A DNA stretch of 64,000 nucleotides, from the IMG/VR virus record IMGVR_UViG_3300027819_000011, positions 4,706 through 68,705 of that record; one strand, 5' to 3'. This DNA is from a virus. Its lineage: Duplodnaviria; Caudoviricetes. Below, one piece after another: positions 35,172 to 43,700 of this stretch. A program made the position numbers and the translations under genes. Within the stretch, counting starts at the first letter, position 1, and every line of letters starts with the position of its first letter. Below the pieces are notes generated by a model. The model did no database searches, was not told the DNA's origin, and saw only the letters and a program-made list of their open reading frames with translations.

Positions 35172-35597
35172 TTAAAAAAACAATGATTCTGCCTTTCTTC
35201 TTGCAACAAGACCGGGTAATTTTCTTCCACCGCCATAGACCCATCTTAAAAGCTCCTTCACGACTTCCGGCCAATCCCGCTGGTTAATTCGCCTTCGCAA
35301 TGTTGAGGTTTGAAGGCGCCCTGTCCCAAGGTTAAAGACAAAATCTATGATAGCCCCGAACTTCTCTTTGTTTTCGGTGAGAAGGATGGGACAATATTTC
35401 GCCGTCCCTAAAAGTGCCGTGATTAAATCCTGCTTCAAAAGAGCTTCCCCTTGAGCCTTATCAATAGGTGGAGTGTCTTTTTTACACAGATGCCCAAAAC
35501 CAATAGTGTAAAAACCCGCAGGACATATGTAAGGTTTCGATGAAAAGCCCTCAAAGGTTTTTGCCAGGGATACGGCATTGTCGGGAACCTCACTCAT
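35172..35597 (-). CDS. Endolysin, GH24 lysozyme
   Basis: 'KTFEGFSSKPYICPAGFYTIGFGH', 'AIIDFVFNLG', 'RWVYGGGRKLPGLVARRKAE'. Confidence 0.95.
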   Translation of the reverse strand: MSEVPDNAVSLAKTFEGFSSKPYICPAGFYTIGFGHLCKKDTPPIDKAQGEALLKQDLITALLGTAKYCPILLTENKEKFGAIIDFVFNLGTGRLQTSTLRRRINQRDWPEVVKELLRWVYGGGRKLPGLVARRKAESLFF

Positions 35598-36070
35598 TTT
35601 CTACCCTTCTCCAAAACTCTACCGACAAACCAGAAATCTACAATGAAAGCGACAAGGGCCTTTTCCTCGGGGCCAAAGGATGCTTTAATCGCCTCCAATA
35701 CAGGAGTACCGCCCTGAATCATTAAGTAAAAGCTGGCAATAATCACGCCGGGGTAAAGCAGGACTACCCACTGAAACGTTATAAGGGGTCGCATAAGCTT
35801 AGAGAATCCGTCAATCCACTTAATACCCGAAGGTGTGTCTTGTCCCTTTATCGCCTCTTTGAGCGCGTCCAATGCCCCTGTATTCCAGTCAGCATTCCCT
35901 TGGGCCGAGATTTCCTCTATTCGTTGGTCGCCTTTAAGCTTTTGGAACTCAATAGCCTTATCCTGCATGGAAAGTTCGTGCTTACGCTCGTTTTTCGCAT
36001 CAAGATACTTGAAAAGCTCTGGTGCAAGCCTTATTACGCCGCCGAAGATCCCGCTTAATACCGTCCACAT
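35594..36070 (-). CDS. Putative holin
   Basis: 'GVIRLAPELFKYLDAKNERKHEL', 'LMRPLIT', 'FWFVGR'; 2-3 hydrophobic segments; overlaps the lysozyme start. Confidence 0.7.
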   Translation of the reverse strand: MWTVLSGIFGGVIRLAPELFKYLDAKNERKHELSMQDKAIEFQKLKGDQRIEEISAQGNADWNTGALDALKEAIKGQDTPSGIKWIDGFSKLMRPLITFQWVVLLYPGVIIASFYLMIQGGTPVLEAIKASFGPEEKALVAFIVDFWFVGRVLEKGRK

Positions 36071-36157
36071 AACAACCTCCTTTTACCTCGTCCTCCACAA
36101 TTCGACTATCAACACAATAACCATAACTACCATGACGACGATAGGGATGAGCTCCAT

Positions 36158-36583
36158 TTACCTCCACTTCACATTAGGAAACATAACCCCAAGAAAGAGT
36201 ATGGCAAGGATGGTAACAACTGCCCCAACTGTCATAGTCTTGACCTTCCCCCAATCAATACCCTTCTTGGTGCTTTCAAGTTCGGCGGCGATGGTGGCAG
36301 CTTCCACACCTTTTTTGTAAGCCATTTCTTCCTTCGCCTTCGATAGCTGATCGGCGCATAGAGACTTGTGATTTTCATACTCCTTAATGAAAGAATCGAA
36401 TCGTGCATCAAGTCGTGTAAACCCTGCCTGAATCCCGTCAATCAACTTATTCATGGTGATAAGTATCTGGTTATCAGATGTATGGCTCCTTGTCTGAGAC
36501 ATTACATCTACGAGACTTTTAATGGCGGTGATTAACTCTGCTTCCACTGGCCCAACCTCCTCTGCTATTGTATTAACTTCCAT
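36158..36583 (-). CDS. Membrane-anchored coiled-coil protein (lysis accessory candidate)
   Basis: Coiled coil plus one C-terminal transmembrane segment, upstream of the holin. Confidence 0.55.
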   Translation of the reverse strand: MEVNTIAEEVGPVEAELITAIKSLVDVMSQTRSHTSDNQILITMNKLIDGIQAGFTRLDARFDSFIKEYENHKSLCADQLSKAKEEMAYKKGVEAATIAAELESTKKGIDWGKVKTMTVGAVVTILAILFLGVMFPNVKWR

Positions 36584-36810
36584 ACTATATACCCATACAC
36601 GCCCATGATAATCTCAACCAAGACGGCGAAGATTAGGCCCTTAAAAACGTCCATCAGTGCCCTTTGTATCGTTCTCAAGTCTCCATTTACGGAAAAGATC
36701 GGCCATACCTTCAACGGCTTTCATGTGCCGCTCAATTTGCTCGTCGGTTATTTTAAGTCCCTTGTCTAACACCTTCCAGGAAACGTCATTCATGGGGTTG
36801 CTGTCTTTCA

Positions 36811-37180
36811 TCAGAATTCCACGCCCCAACCTACACCCAAGTTATGCCCCACCACCAACAACTTTATCCCCCCAAAACTATACTGCCAATAAGGGCGGTA
36901 TTTCTGGGGGAGCAAATCTGTTACCAGGATATGCAGCCCTGAAGTAAAGACCGTCACGCCAAATAAGCCAAGGTCGCTTATCTCGTCACCAAAGATCGGA
37001 TTGGCCTCGTGGATGCCCTTGTTCTGGCTTCTAAAGACGACCGTAGTTCCGAAGTCGGCTACGTTCATGCCGATAGCGAATAGCTCCCGTTTCACCGTCT
37101 CCGTCTGTCCATTTCTCCCCCGCCACACACTGCCCAGCGTAGAACAGGAGGAGGATGGGGAGGAGGGTTAGGGGTTTCAT
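36811..37180 (-). pseudogene. Frameshifted membrane/secreted protein gene
   Basis: ATG 37180 (ATGA overlap with the upstream stop) gives the signal peptide MKPLTLLPILLLFYAGQCVAGEKWTDGD; the body RELFAIGMNVADFGTT...EANPIFG is in the +1 frame. Confidence 0.5.
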
Positions 37181-37464
37181 GGCTTTACCGCCAATTTCAC
37201 CGTTAACGCCACTTCTTCAACTTTAGCCCTAAGCGCAACCTTTTCGTCAAGAGCAGACTGAGCCGTAGTTACAGCCTGTTGCAACTTCGTAATTTCTTCA
37301 TCAAGCTTTTCAAGCCTATACATTTCAGATTTTGGCTGAAAGGCAGGCTGCCACTTCTGGACTATTGCCAACTCTTCGGGTGAAATATCTTCGATCATCG
37401 ACACTTTTACTTTGCCAATTTCTTCTTCCTTGTTGTCCGGTGTTACTGCTTCAAATGTTGCCAT
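37177..37464 (-). CDS. Hypothetical coiled-coil protein (possible fibre chaperone)
   Basis: GGAGG RBS; directly after the tail fibre gene. Confidence 0.55.
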   Translation of the reverse strand: MATFEAVTPDNKEEEIGKVKVSMIEDISPEELAIVQKWQPAFQPKSEMYRLEKLDEEITKLQQAVTTAQSALDEKVALRAKVEEVALTVKLAVKP

Positions 37465-37474
37465 CTTTATCCTC

Positions 37475-39436
37475 CTATCCTCTGTCTACCCACATTTTAA
37501 TATAGTCGGGAACTACAAATCTTTGGATTGCCCCACCCGCCAAATTCTGAACCATGAAGTAAGGTGCCAAGGCAATTCCTGCCTGTACCGTCCCGGTGAT
37601 ATTACCTGCCGCTACTTCTGTATCGTTAATCCAAACACGAGGTTGCTCTGTATCAGTCAAGTCAATCTTAATTTTGATAAAAGTATCACTGACAATTACC
37701 ACCCCCATATCATCATAATCAACTGCCGCCCCGTTATCCACAGAAGCAGCCACTATCTGTGTAGCTCCGAAAGTGTGACCATTATCCGAGTTAATTCCTA
37801 CAAGAAAAGCATCGTTTGGAAACGCACCATTCACGTCGGCAAAGGCGGCAGAAGCAAAGCCTACATAGAACCCTGTCGTTTCCTTAGTATCTATTTTGAT
37901 TCGGGCTTCAAGGATGGGATTCTGTGTGACATTAACATTTGTCAGACCTAATATCGTTACGCTGTCATTATCAGCATTGGCGCACATCGCCTTTACTGTT
38001 CCGCCAGTTCCGCCTAAATAGGTAACATTGCCGGCGGCATAATTTGTACCTGCTGTAGTCCAGAAGTCGGCATTAAGTGAAGATTCAAGTTGTACCCCAG
38101 CAGCTTCATCATCGAAATCATCGCACCAATAATAAACCCTGGAATTGATCGCTCCGTTGACATCATGAGTATAGATTGGCGCTATCGTCCAGATGCCGAC
38201 GTTGCCGTTCGATTTTATCGTTACCCTGTCATTCATTCCACCACTAGTTAGTCTGGTTCTGAAAACCAATGACCCATCATAATTACCGCTAGTAGCATTT
38301 TCCCTTACCGTTCCAATCTCTCCCATAATCGTATAATCAGTTGCGGTATATTTAGCACCAAATCCAATTGCCCCACCAATGCCACTTGCCAAAGCACCCG
38401 TGTTATACGACATCATATTCGCGCAAATGTTGCTTCCTTCTGCCAATCCAGCACCAGCAACATGCAACTTTACCTCAGGTTCCGTCCCGATGCCGACGTT
38501 GCCATCAACGGTGCGATGAAAGAGAATGGAGCCGTCAGAGGTGAGGATAACGGTTGTGCTGCCGTTAGCGGCGGTGAACTCAATAACCGTACCGCTCGAA
38601 CCGGAAACCCGTTGAGGACTTTGGATGCTGGTAATGGCTGAAGAAGCTGCCCATGTCGTAGTCTGGTCAAGGGTGACTTGGAGGCTACCGAGGAGCTTGG
38701 TTACGTAGCGGGTTTGAGCGTTAGAGATGATGGTGGAGCCGATGCGACACAGGTTATAATCGGCGGCTTGGGTAAACGTCGCTGTTAGAGATGCAGCGGA
38801 TATTGTACCAGAAAACGAACTGACAGCAGCCGGGGGCGCAGGATTTGTACCGAGCAAGATTGGCAGGCTCGTGCAGTTCTGTAGATCGCCTGAGCTGGGG
38901 GTGCCGAGGGCACCGTTACTGCCGACCGTGCCGCAAACAGAAGCAGTGGTTGCAAAGGCCGCTGTTCCTGCCTGGCCGGATGTGGTTGCGTAAGATGAAG
39001 TTCCAGATTGTCCAGCGGTAGTTGCCGATGATGCTGATCCTGAATTTCCGGCAGAAGATGCATATGAAGAACTCCCGGCATTCGCCGCCGTAGTGGCCGA
39101 CCCCGCCGATCCCGATTCTCCCGCCGATGTAGCCTTAACCGATGTCCCTGATTGCCCTGATGATGTGGCGTAATAAGCTGTCCCGGCATTTCCAGAAGAA
39201 CTTGCAAAGGCCGCACTGCCCGCATTAGCTGCCGTTGTAGATGAACCGGAACTTCCAGAATTCCCCGATGAAGTCGCATAAAATGCAGTTCCCGAAGTCC
39301 CAAGGCCGCGTTCAATGCCATCAGTGCCTTTTGCGTAAACCTCATGGTCTGTTTTGGCATAGACTACGATATTCCCGGTAGAGGGCGTGGCGGGTGCGGT
39401 TCCTTCTGTCAGTGATATTTTGGCGGCATCGGGCAT
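37475..39436 (-). CDS. Tail fibre / receptor-binding protein
   Basis: N-terminal A/S/G/T repeats (ATSSGNSG, TTAGQSG), 'GNVGIGT' and 'GNVGIWT' fibre repeats, C-terminal beta-sandwich; start ATG 39436 with GGAGG. Confidence 0.75.
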   Translation of the reverse strand: MPDAAKISLTEGTAPATPSTGNIVVYAKTDHEVYAKGTDGIERGLGTSGTAFYATSSGNSGSSGSSTTAANAGSAAFASSSGNAGTAYYATSSGQSGTSVKATSAGESGSAGSATTAANAGSSSYASSAGNSGSASSATTAGQSGTSSYATTSGQAGTAAFATTASVCGTVGSNGALGTPSSGDLQNCTSLPILLGTNPAPPAAVSSFSGTISAASLTATFTQAADYNLCRIGSTIISNAQTRYVTKLLGSLQVTLDQTTTWAASSAITSIQSPQRVSGSSGTVIEFTAANGSTTVILTSDGSILFHRTVDGNVGIGTEPEVKLHVAGAGLAEGSNICANMMSYNTGALASGIGGAIGFGAKYTATDYTIMGEIGTVRENATSGNYDGSLVFRTRLTSGGMNDRVTIKSNGNVGIWTIAPIYTHDVNGAINSRVYYWCDDFDDEAAGVQLESSLNADFWTTAGTNYAAGNVTYLGGTGGTVKAMCANADNDSVTILGLTNVNVTQNPILEARIKIDTKETTGFYVGFASAAFADVNGAFPNDAFLVGINSDNGHTFGATQIVAASVDNGAAVDYDDMGVVIVSDTFIKIKIDLTDTEQPRVWINDTEVAAGNITGTVQAGIALAPYFMVQNLAGGAIQRFVVPDYIKMWVDRG

Positions 39437-39455
39437 AATTCCCTCCTGAAATGAC

Positions 39456-39529
39456 AATAAAAAAGGCAACCAAGGAAATTAATCCGAGGTTGCCTTTGGC
39501 TCGTATAAAAACTGAGTTTAGACCACTAT
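39456..39529 (-). promoter_or_regulatory. Conserved late leader/attenuator element, copy B
   Basis: Minus strand ATAGTGGTCTAAACTCA...GAGCCAAAGGCAACC-N-ATTAATT-N-GGTTGCCTTTTTTATT. Confidence 0.75.
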
Positions 39530-39584
39530 CAAATTTTAATTGAACATGGGTCTTTAACCGCTTGCTATCACAAGAGAAAGTTGG

Positions 39585-39640
39585 TGTCAAGAAAATAATT
39601 GAGAAAAGGGCTTGACATTACATCTAACTTCGGTTATCCT
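39585..39640. promoter_or_regulatory. Back-to-back divergent promoters
   Basis: Plus strand TTGACA(39612-17)-17 bp-TATCCT(39635-40); minus strand TTGACA at 39590-39585 with a weaker -10. Confidence 0.65.
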
Positions 39641-39666
39641 CTTAACCACATGGAGAATAGAAATCT

Positions 39667-39801
39667 ATGGATTTACTTGTCAAGAAATTTCCTGATGATG
39701 TAGTTTTTAAGTTAAAAATCAAGGCGTTAAGGATGAGAACAAGCCTTCGGGATTTAATCATCAAGCTGCTTTCCAAGGAGGCTGATAAGGATGACAGCTA
39801 A
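39667..39801 (+). CDS. Ribbon-helix-helix (Arc/FitA-like) DNA-binding protein, 44 aa (not in track)
   Basis: MDLLVKKFPDDVVFKLKIKALRMRTSLRDLIIKLLSKEADKDDS; GGAG RBS; overlaps the start of the next gene. Confidence 0.65.
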   Translation: MDLLVKKFPDDVVFKLKIKALRMRTSLRDLIIKLLSKEADKDDS

Positions 39802-40753
39802 AATCTCCCCCCGAATCACCCTTGAGAATCGGACGCCACTACAGGATGTTATTCCGCTTTCTACGCCTTATCTGGTGTTCCTCGACCCGTCAGATATCTG
39901 TAACGCTCATTGCCAGTGGTGTCCAACCGGAAGCGGAGAAATCAAGAAATATCGCAAACAACAGCTTATGGACTTCGATCTTTACCGGAAGATTATTGAT
40001 GATCTTGCGGCCATGCCGGAGCAGATAAAAACCTTAAGGCTCTACTGCTGGGGCGAACCGCTCATGAACCTCCGATTCCCCGAGATGGTGCGATACGCCA
40101 AGAATACAGGGAGGTTTGGGCAGGTGGATACGACAAGCAACGGCATGCTGCTTAACCCAAGGTTGTCGCAAGAAATAATAACGGCTGGCTTGGACAAAAT
40201 ATTTATCAGCGTGCCGACTGAATACACACGGGAGTATCTTGGGGAAATTGCTTATTTCCACGGATTTGCTTACGGGGCAGGAACGTGCAACGTCCATGTC
40301 AAGATCATAGGAGACAACCTTTCCGAGACCCAAAAACAGCGATTTTATGAAGACTTTGAGGACTTTTCCGATTCCATAAACATCGAATATCTTTCCCCCT
40401 GTTGGCCCGGCTATGAATCTGGGAAGGTAGGTGAAAAAGGGATTTATGGGCAGGAATTGCCGGCCAAGGTGCCTAATACCTGCCCGTACATATTCTACTC
40501 CATGGCCATCAATTCCGATGGGAAAGTTAGCCTGTGTTTTCTGGATTGGAAGAAAGAAATGGTAATGGGTGATCTCAAGAGGGAAAGCTTTAAAGATATT
40601 TGGAACGGGTGGTGGGTTAAAAATATCCGAAGATTTCAGCTATCAGGGCTTAGGGCGTGCCTGTGTCCCTGCAAAGATTGCCAACAGCTCCGCTACGGTA
40701 TGGCAGATAACATCGACGACTACGCGGAAGAAATATTGAAGAGGCTGGAATAA
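39791..40753 (+). CDS. Radical SAM protein with SPASM/twitch domain
   Basis: 'DPSDICNAHCQWCP', 'WGEPLMN', 'TTSNGMLL', SPASM 'TCPYIFYSMAINSDGKVSLCFLDW...GDL...CPCKDC'. Confidence 0.9.
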   Translation: MTAKISPRITLENRTPLQDVIPLSTPYLVFLDPSDICNAHCQWCPTGSGEIKKYRKQQLMDFDLYRKIIDDLAAMPEQIKTLRLYCWGEPLMNLRFPEMVRYAKNTGRFGQVDTTSNGMLLNPRLSQEIITAGLDKIFISVPTEYTREYLGEIAYFHGFAYGAGTCNVHVKIIGDNLSETQKQRFYEDFEDFSDSINIEYLSPCWPGYESGKVGEKGIYGQELPAKVPNTCPYIFYSMAINSDGKVSLCFLDWKKEMVMGDLKRESFKDIWNGWWVKNIRRFQLSGLRACLCPCKDCQQLRYGMADNIDDYAEEILKRLE

Positions 40754-40968
40754 TGCGGACGGGTTACGGTTGTTCGGGGACACACGACACGACCTATCGG
40801 GCGGTAATCTGGCATGATGGAACATGGAACACGGACGAACTCCGGCGGCTCGCCGCCGGTGAACTATTGGACCGCAACTGCAAGCGTTACGGCATGTGCG
40901 CTGGGTGTCGCACGGTCATCCGCCTCGACAAACCATTTTTCGGTTCACTGCATTCGTGCGATGAATAG
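40753..40968 (+). CDS. Small Cys-containing protein (possible SPASM remnant)
   Basis: 71 aa, 'GMCAGC'; start overlaps the upstream stop. Confidence 0.4.
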   Translation: MRTGYGCSGTHDTTYRAVIWHDGTWNTDELRRLAAGELLDRNCKRYGMCAGCRTVIRLDKPFFGSLHSCDE

Positions 40969-40989
40969 ACTGAGCGATTAGGGAAAATT

Positions 40990-41991
40990 ATGACCGAACC
41001 CATAACCCCATCCCGCCCCATAGTCCTCTACGGCAAAGGCCCTCTGGGAATGCTGACCAAGGAGATATTTGATAAGCATATGATTCCCGTAGCTGCCCAC
41101 ATAGACCGTAACGATTTTACCCGTGGGACGCCGAGCAAGGCCGAAAAAGAGTTAAAGAAAGAGGCGGTCGTGATTGTCTGCATAGCAAGCGAACCGTACA
41201 ATCCCATACGGCTAATGTTGCGTTCAAAAGGATGGGGGGCTGAAGGCAAGATAAGGCGCATTTATGATGTCTTCGAGCAACACCCTGAACTTGGCATAAC
41301 ATCGGGATGGAAGATAGGGAAATTAAGCCACGAAGACAGGAGCGGGATAGCAAGGATGCTGCCCAAGTTTGCCGACAACACTTCTAATCGCCACTGGGTT
41401 CATTTTACGACATGGCATAGGGGCAGGGGAGATATGGCACTAAACAACATGGAGCACAGAGAATGCCTACCCTCAACGCTTGCCGATATAGAGGCGAGGC
41501 GGCATGTCTTTCTTTGCAAAGACGAGCCTATGGGCAGCGTAAGCATTCATGCCGAGGGCTATGAACTTGACACGATTCTTGTCAACATGCCCCTTTTCCA
41601 AAAGCATAGGCCGAAGATAGATGCAGCCTGCTATCATACGAGAGATGGACTGTGGAAGATCGAGAAGGCTTTAATGGATGGCCTGCCCAACTACAGGTGG
41701 ACGTTCAGGGTGCATGCGTACCAGGGGCAGGGGGCCTATGTCTACGGAGTGCCGACCGAGAAAATAGAAATGGCCGAAACTTTACATGCCAGTTTTAAAA
41801 GTCCTGATTTTCATGGGATTACTTTGTGCCATAGGGACAAGAAATGGCGGGCAGATGTTTATGTTGATAGGAAAAAATATTATGGTGGTATCCACAAGAC
41901 CCCTGAACTGGCTGCACGGGCGTATGATGGGCTTGCGGTAAAGCTTCTTGGGGACAAGGCGTGGCTTAATTTTCCGAAGGAGGACAAGTGA
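40990..41991 (+). CDS. Degenerate FkbM-like protein fused to a C-terminal AP2 DNA-binding domain
   Basis: Rossmann-like start 'IVLYGKG'; FkbM tail 'IHAEGYELDTIL...HRPKIDAACYH...LWKI...YRWTFRVH' but no DIGA motif; AP2 'FHGITLCHRDKKWRADV...YGGIHKTPELAARAYD...LLGDKAWLNFP'. Confidence 0.7.
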   Translation: MTEPITPSRPIVLYGKGPLGMLTKEIFDKHMIPVAAHIDRNDFTRGTPSKAEKELKKEAVVIVCIASEPYNPIRLMLRSKGWGAEGKIRRIYDVFEQHPELGITSGWKIGKLSHEDRSGIARMLPKFADNTSNRHWVHFTTWHRGRGDMALNNMEHRECLPSTLADIEARRHVFLCKDEPMGSVSIHAEGYELDTILVNMPLFQKHRPKIDAACYHTRDGLWKIEKALMDGLPNYRWTFRVHAYQGQGAYVYGVPTEKIEMAETLHASFKSPDFHGITLCHRDKKWRADVYVDRKKYYGGIHKTPELAARAYDGLAVKLLGDKAWLNFPKEDK

Positions 41992-42956
41992 ATATTCTTT
42001 CTGTGGTGCCGCATTTAGGAGGGGGATTAGGAAAAGTAGTTCTCGCTCTTGCTGAAAGGTGCCCCGGCAAACATACCATTGCTTTACTGGAAACACCGCA
42101 GCGATCATTTCTAAAGCCTGCCACTGTGGATATATGGGCAGGTAAGTACGTGAAAGCGTTGATGGAAGATGCCGATATTGTCTTGATCCATTATTACGAC
42201 CACCCTGCCATCGCTAAACTGCTTTCCGAAGCACTCCCGCCGTGTCGCTTGGTTTTTTGGACGCACAAGCATTATTCGATTCCTCAGCGAGAGAAAGAAT
42301 ATCCCGATAAATTTTTCTATACATCACCCGTGCAAGGAACTGATTACCCGTATATTTGGTCATGTTATGACATGTCGCGCTTCTTTGAGATCAAGCCGAA
42401 GGTGCACGACGGTTTTAACGTGGGGTATGTGGGGACGGTTTCGTATAAGAAGATTCATCCTGAATGGCTGCCAATGTGCAGGGAAATCAGGAAAGCTATC
42501 CCGGAAGCAAGGTTCACCTTTGTAGGAGAAAACCTGACTGCCGTACAGGACGCGCCGGGCATAACCTTCACCGGTCACGTTGACGATGTTGCACCATACC
42601 TTGCGGAGATGGACATATTTTTCTATCCCTTGAGGCCGGACCATTACGGAACTGCGGAGCAGGTATTGGGGGAGAGTATGGCTGCGGGGGTACCGCCCGT
42701 GGTTATGAATAACCAAGCAGAATGCACCATTTTAGGCGATGAAGAAATTATGAACGGGTTTGTGGCCAGTAGTGAAGAAGATTGCGTAAACTGCGTTACC
42801 TATTTGTACAATGATCCAGTATATAGAGGAAGCGTTAGTCGCCATACCCGCGAACGTGCCCGCGAACTCTACAACATCGACGCCATGATAAGTCAGTGGA
42901 ATATAGTTTTTCAAGAGCTGATGAAGCAACCGAAGAAGGAGAGGGTAGGAATATGA
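41988..42956 (+). CDS. GT4-family glycosyltransferase
   Basis: 'HLGGGLG', 'FNVGYVGT', 'FTGHVDDVAPYLAEMDIFFYP', 'EQVLGESMAAGVPPV'. Confidence 0.88.
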   Translation: MNILSVVPHLGGGLGKVVLALAERCPGKHTIALLETPQRSFLKPATVDIWAGKYVKALMEDADIVLIHYYDHPAIAKLLSEALPPCRLVFWTHKHYSIPQREKEYPDKFFYTSPVQGTDYPYIWSCYDMSRFFEIKPKVHDGFNVGYVGTVSYKKIHPEWLPMCREIRKAIPEARFTFVGENLTAVQDAPGITFTGHVDDVAPYLAEMDIFFYPLRPDHYGTAEQVLGESMAAGVPPVVMNNQAECTILGDEEIMNGFVASSEEDCVNCVTYLYNDPVYRGSVSRHTRERARELYNIDAMISQWNIVFQELMKQPKKERVGI

Positions 42957-43061
42957 ATGATTACGAGATAGGCGCAGCCGCTGTTATTCTATCATTTATC
43001 GCTTTAGCCGTGGTTTTGCATTTTATGGGAGTGCCTTGGTAATGGGAGAAAGGAAGGAGAT

Positions 43062-43271
43062 ATGAGAAAATACCGCATCAAGGAAATAACAAGCAGTCAT
43101 ACCGGGAAACGTATATTCATCCCGCAACATAGTTTTTTGTTTTTCTTCTGGCTGCCCTGGGAAAGAACAGAATGGAGCGATTGGGATTTTCCGACCTTGG
43201 CGGAAGCCGAAGATTTCATAAGGGAAGTACAACAGCCAACGGTTCCCCCGAGAATATATGAGGCGAAATGA
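43062..43271 (+). CDS. Small hypothetical phage protein
   Basis: 'MRKYRIKE...FIPQ...WLPW' common phage motif; AAGGAG RBS. Confidence 0.6.
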   Translation: MRKYRIKEITSSHTGKRIFIPQHSFLFFFWLPWERTEWSDWDFPTLAEAEDFIREVQQPTVPPRIYEAK

Positions 43272-43459
43272 ATTTTAGAGACACGCCCGAATATCAAAAG
43301 CTCTTTCAATATGCCATGCTTTACGGTAAGGCGGCCTGCGGGATTAAAGAGCGAAAATGGTATAATCCGTTGCGGTGGGTAAAGGGGAAATATTACGAAA
43401 AGGTTATTTCGCCGCTTGAGTTTTACAAGAAAGGGGGAAGGCCCTTCCGTGGCAACTAA
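43268..43459 (+). CDS. Small hypothetical protein
   Basis: 4-nt overlap with the upstream gene. Confidence 0.5.
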   Translation: MNFRDTPEYQKLFQYAMLYGKAACGIKERKWYNPLRWVKGKYYEKVISPLEFYKKGGRPFRGN

Positions 43460-43700
43460 AGACATAACCGATAAGCAGGTGTGCGAGGCTTATGCCGAAG
43501 CCGCGAGACAACGTGGGCTTGATTGGATATATCACCGTTATGAATGGCCTTATGAAATTCTGGAAAGAGCAACAGGGCAACCAGAAAAGGTTTGCTACCG
43601 GGCGATGGAAAGAGCGGAGAGCAGGGGATACATAGAGTATGGTGTTTCATTGCGGACAGGGTGGCTCACGGAAAAAGGGAAGGAATTAATGAATGGATAG
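43449..43700 (+). CDS. Conserved winged-helix-like phage protein
   Basis: 'ATKDITDKQVCEAY...PEKVCYRAMERA...GYIEYGVSLRTGWLTEKG' recurrent motif; GTG start. Confidence 0.65.
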   Translation: MATKDITDKQVCEAYAEAARQRGLDWIYHRYEWPYEILERATGQPEKVCYRAMERAESRGYIEYGVSLRTGWLTEKGKELMNG

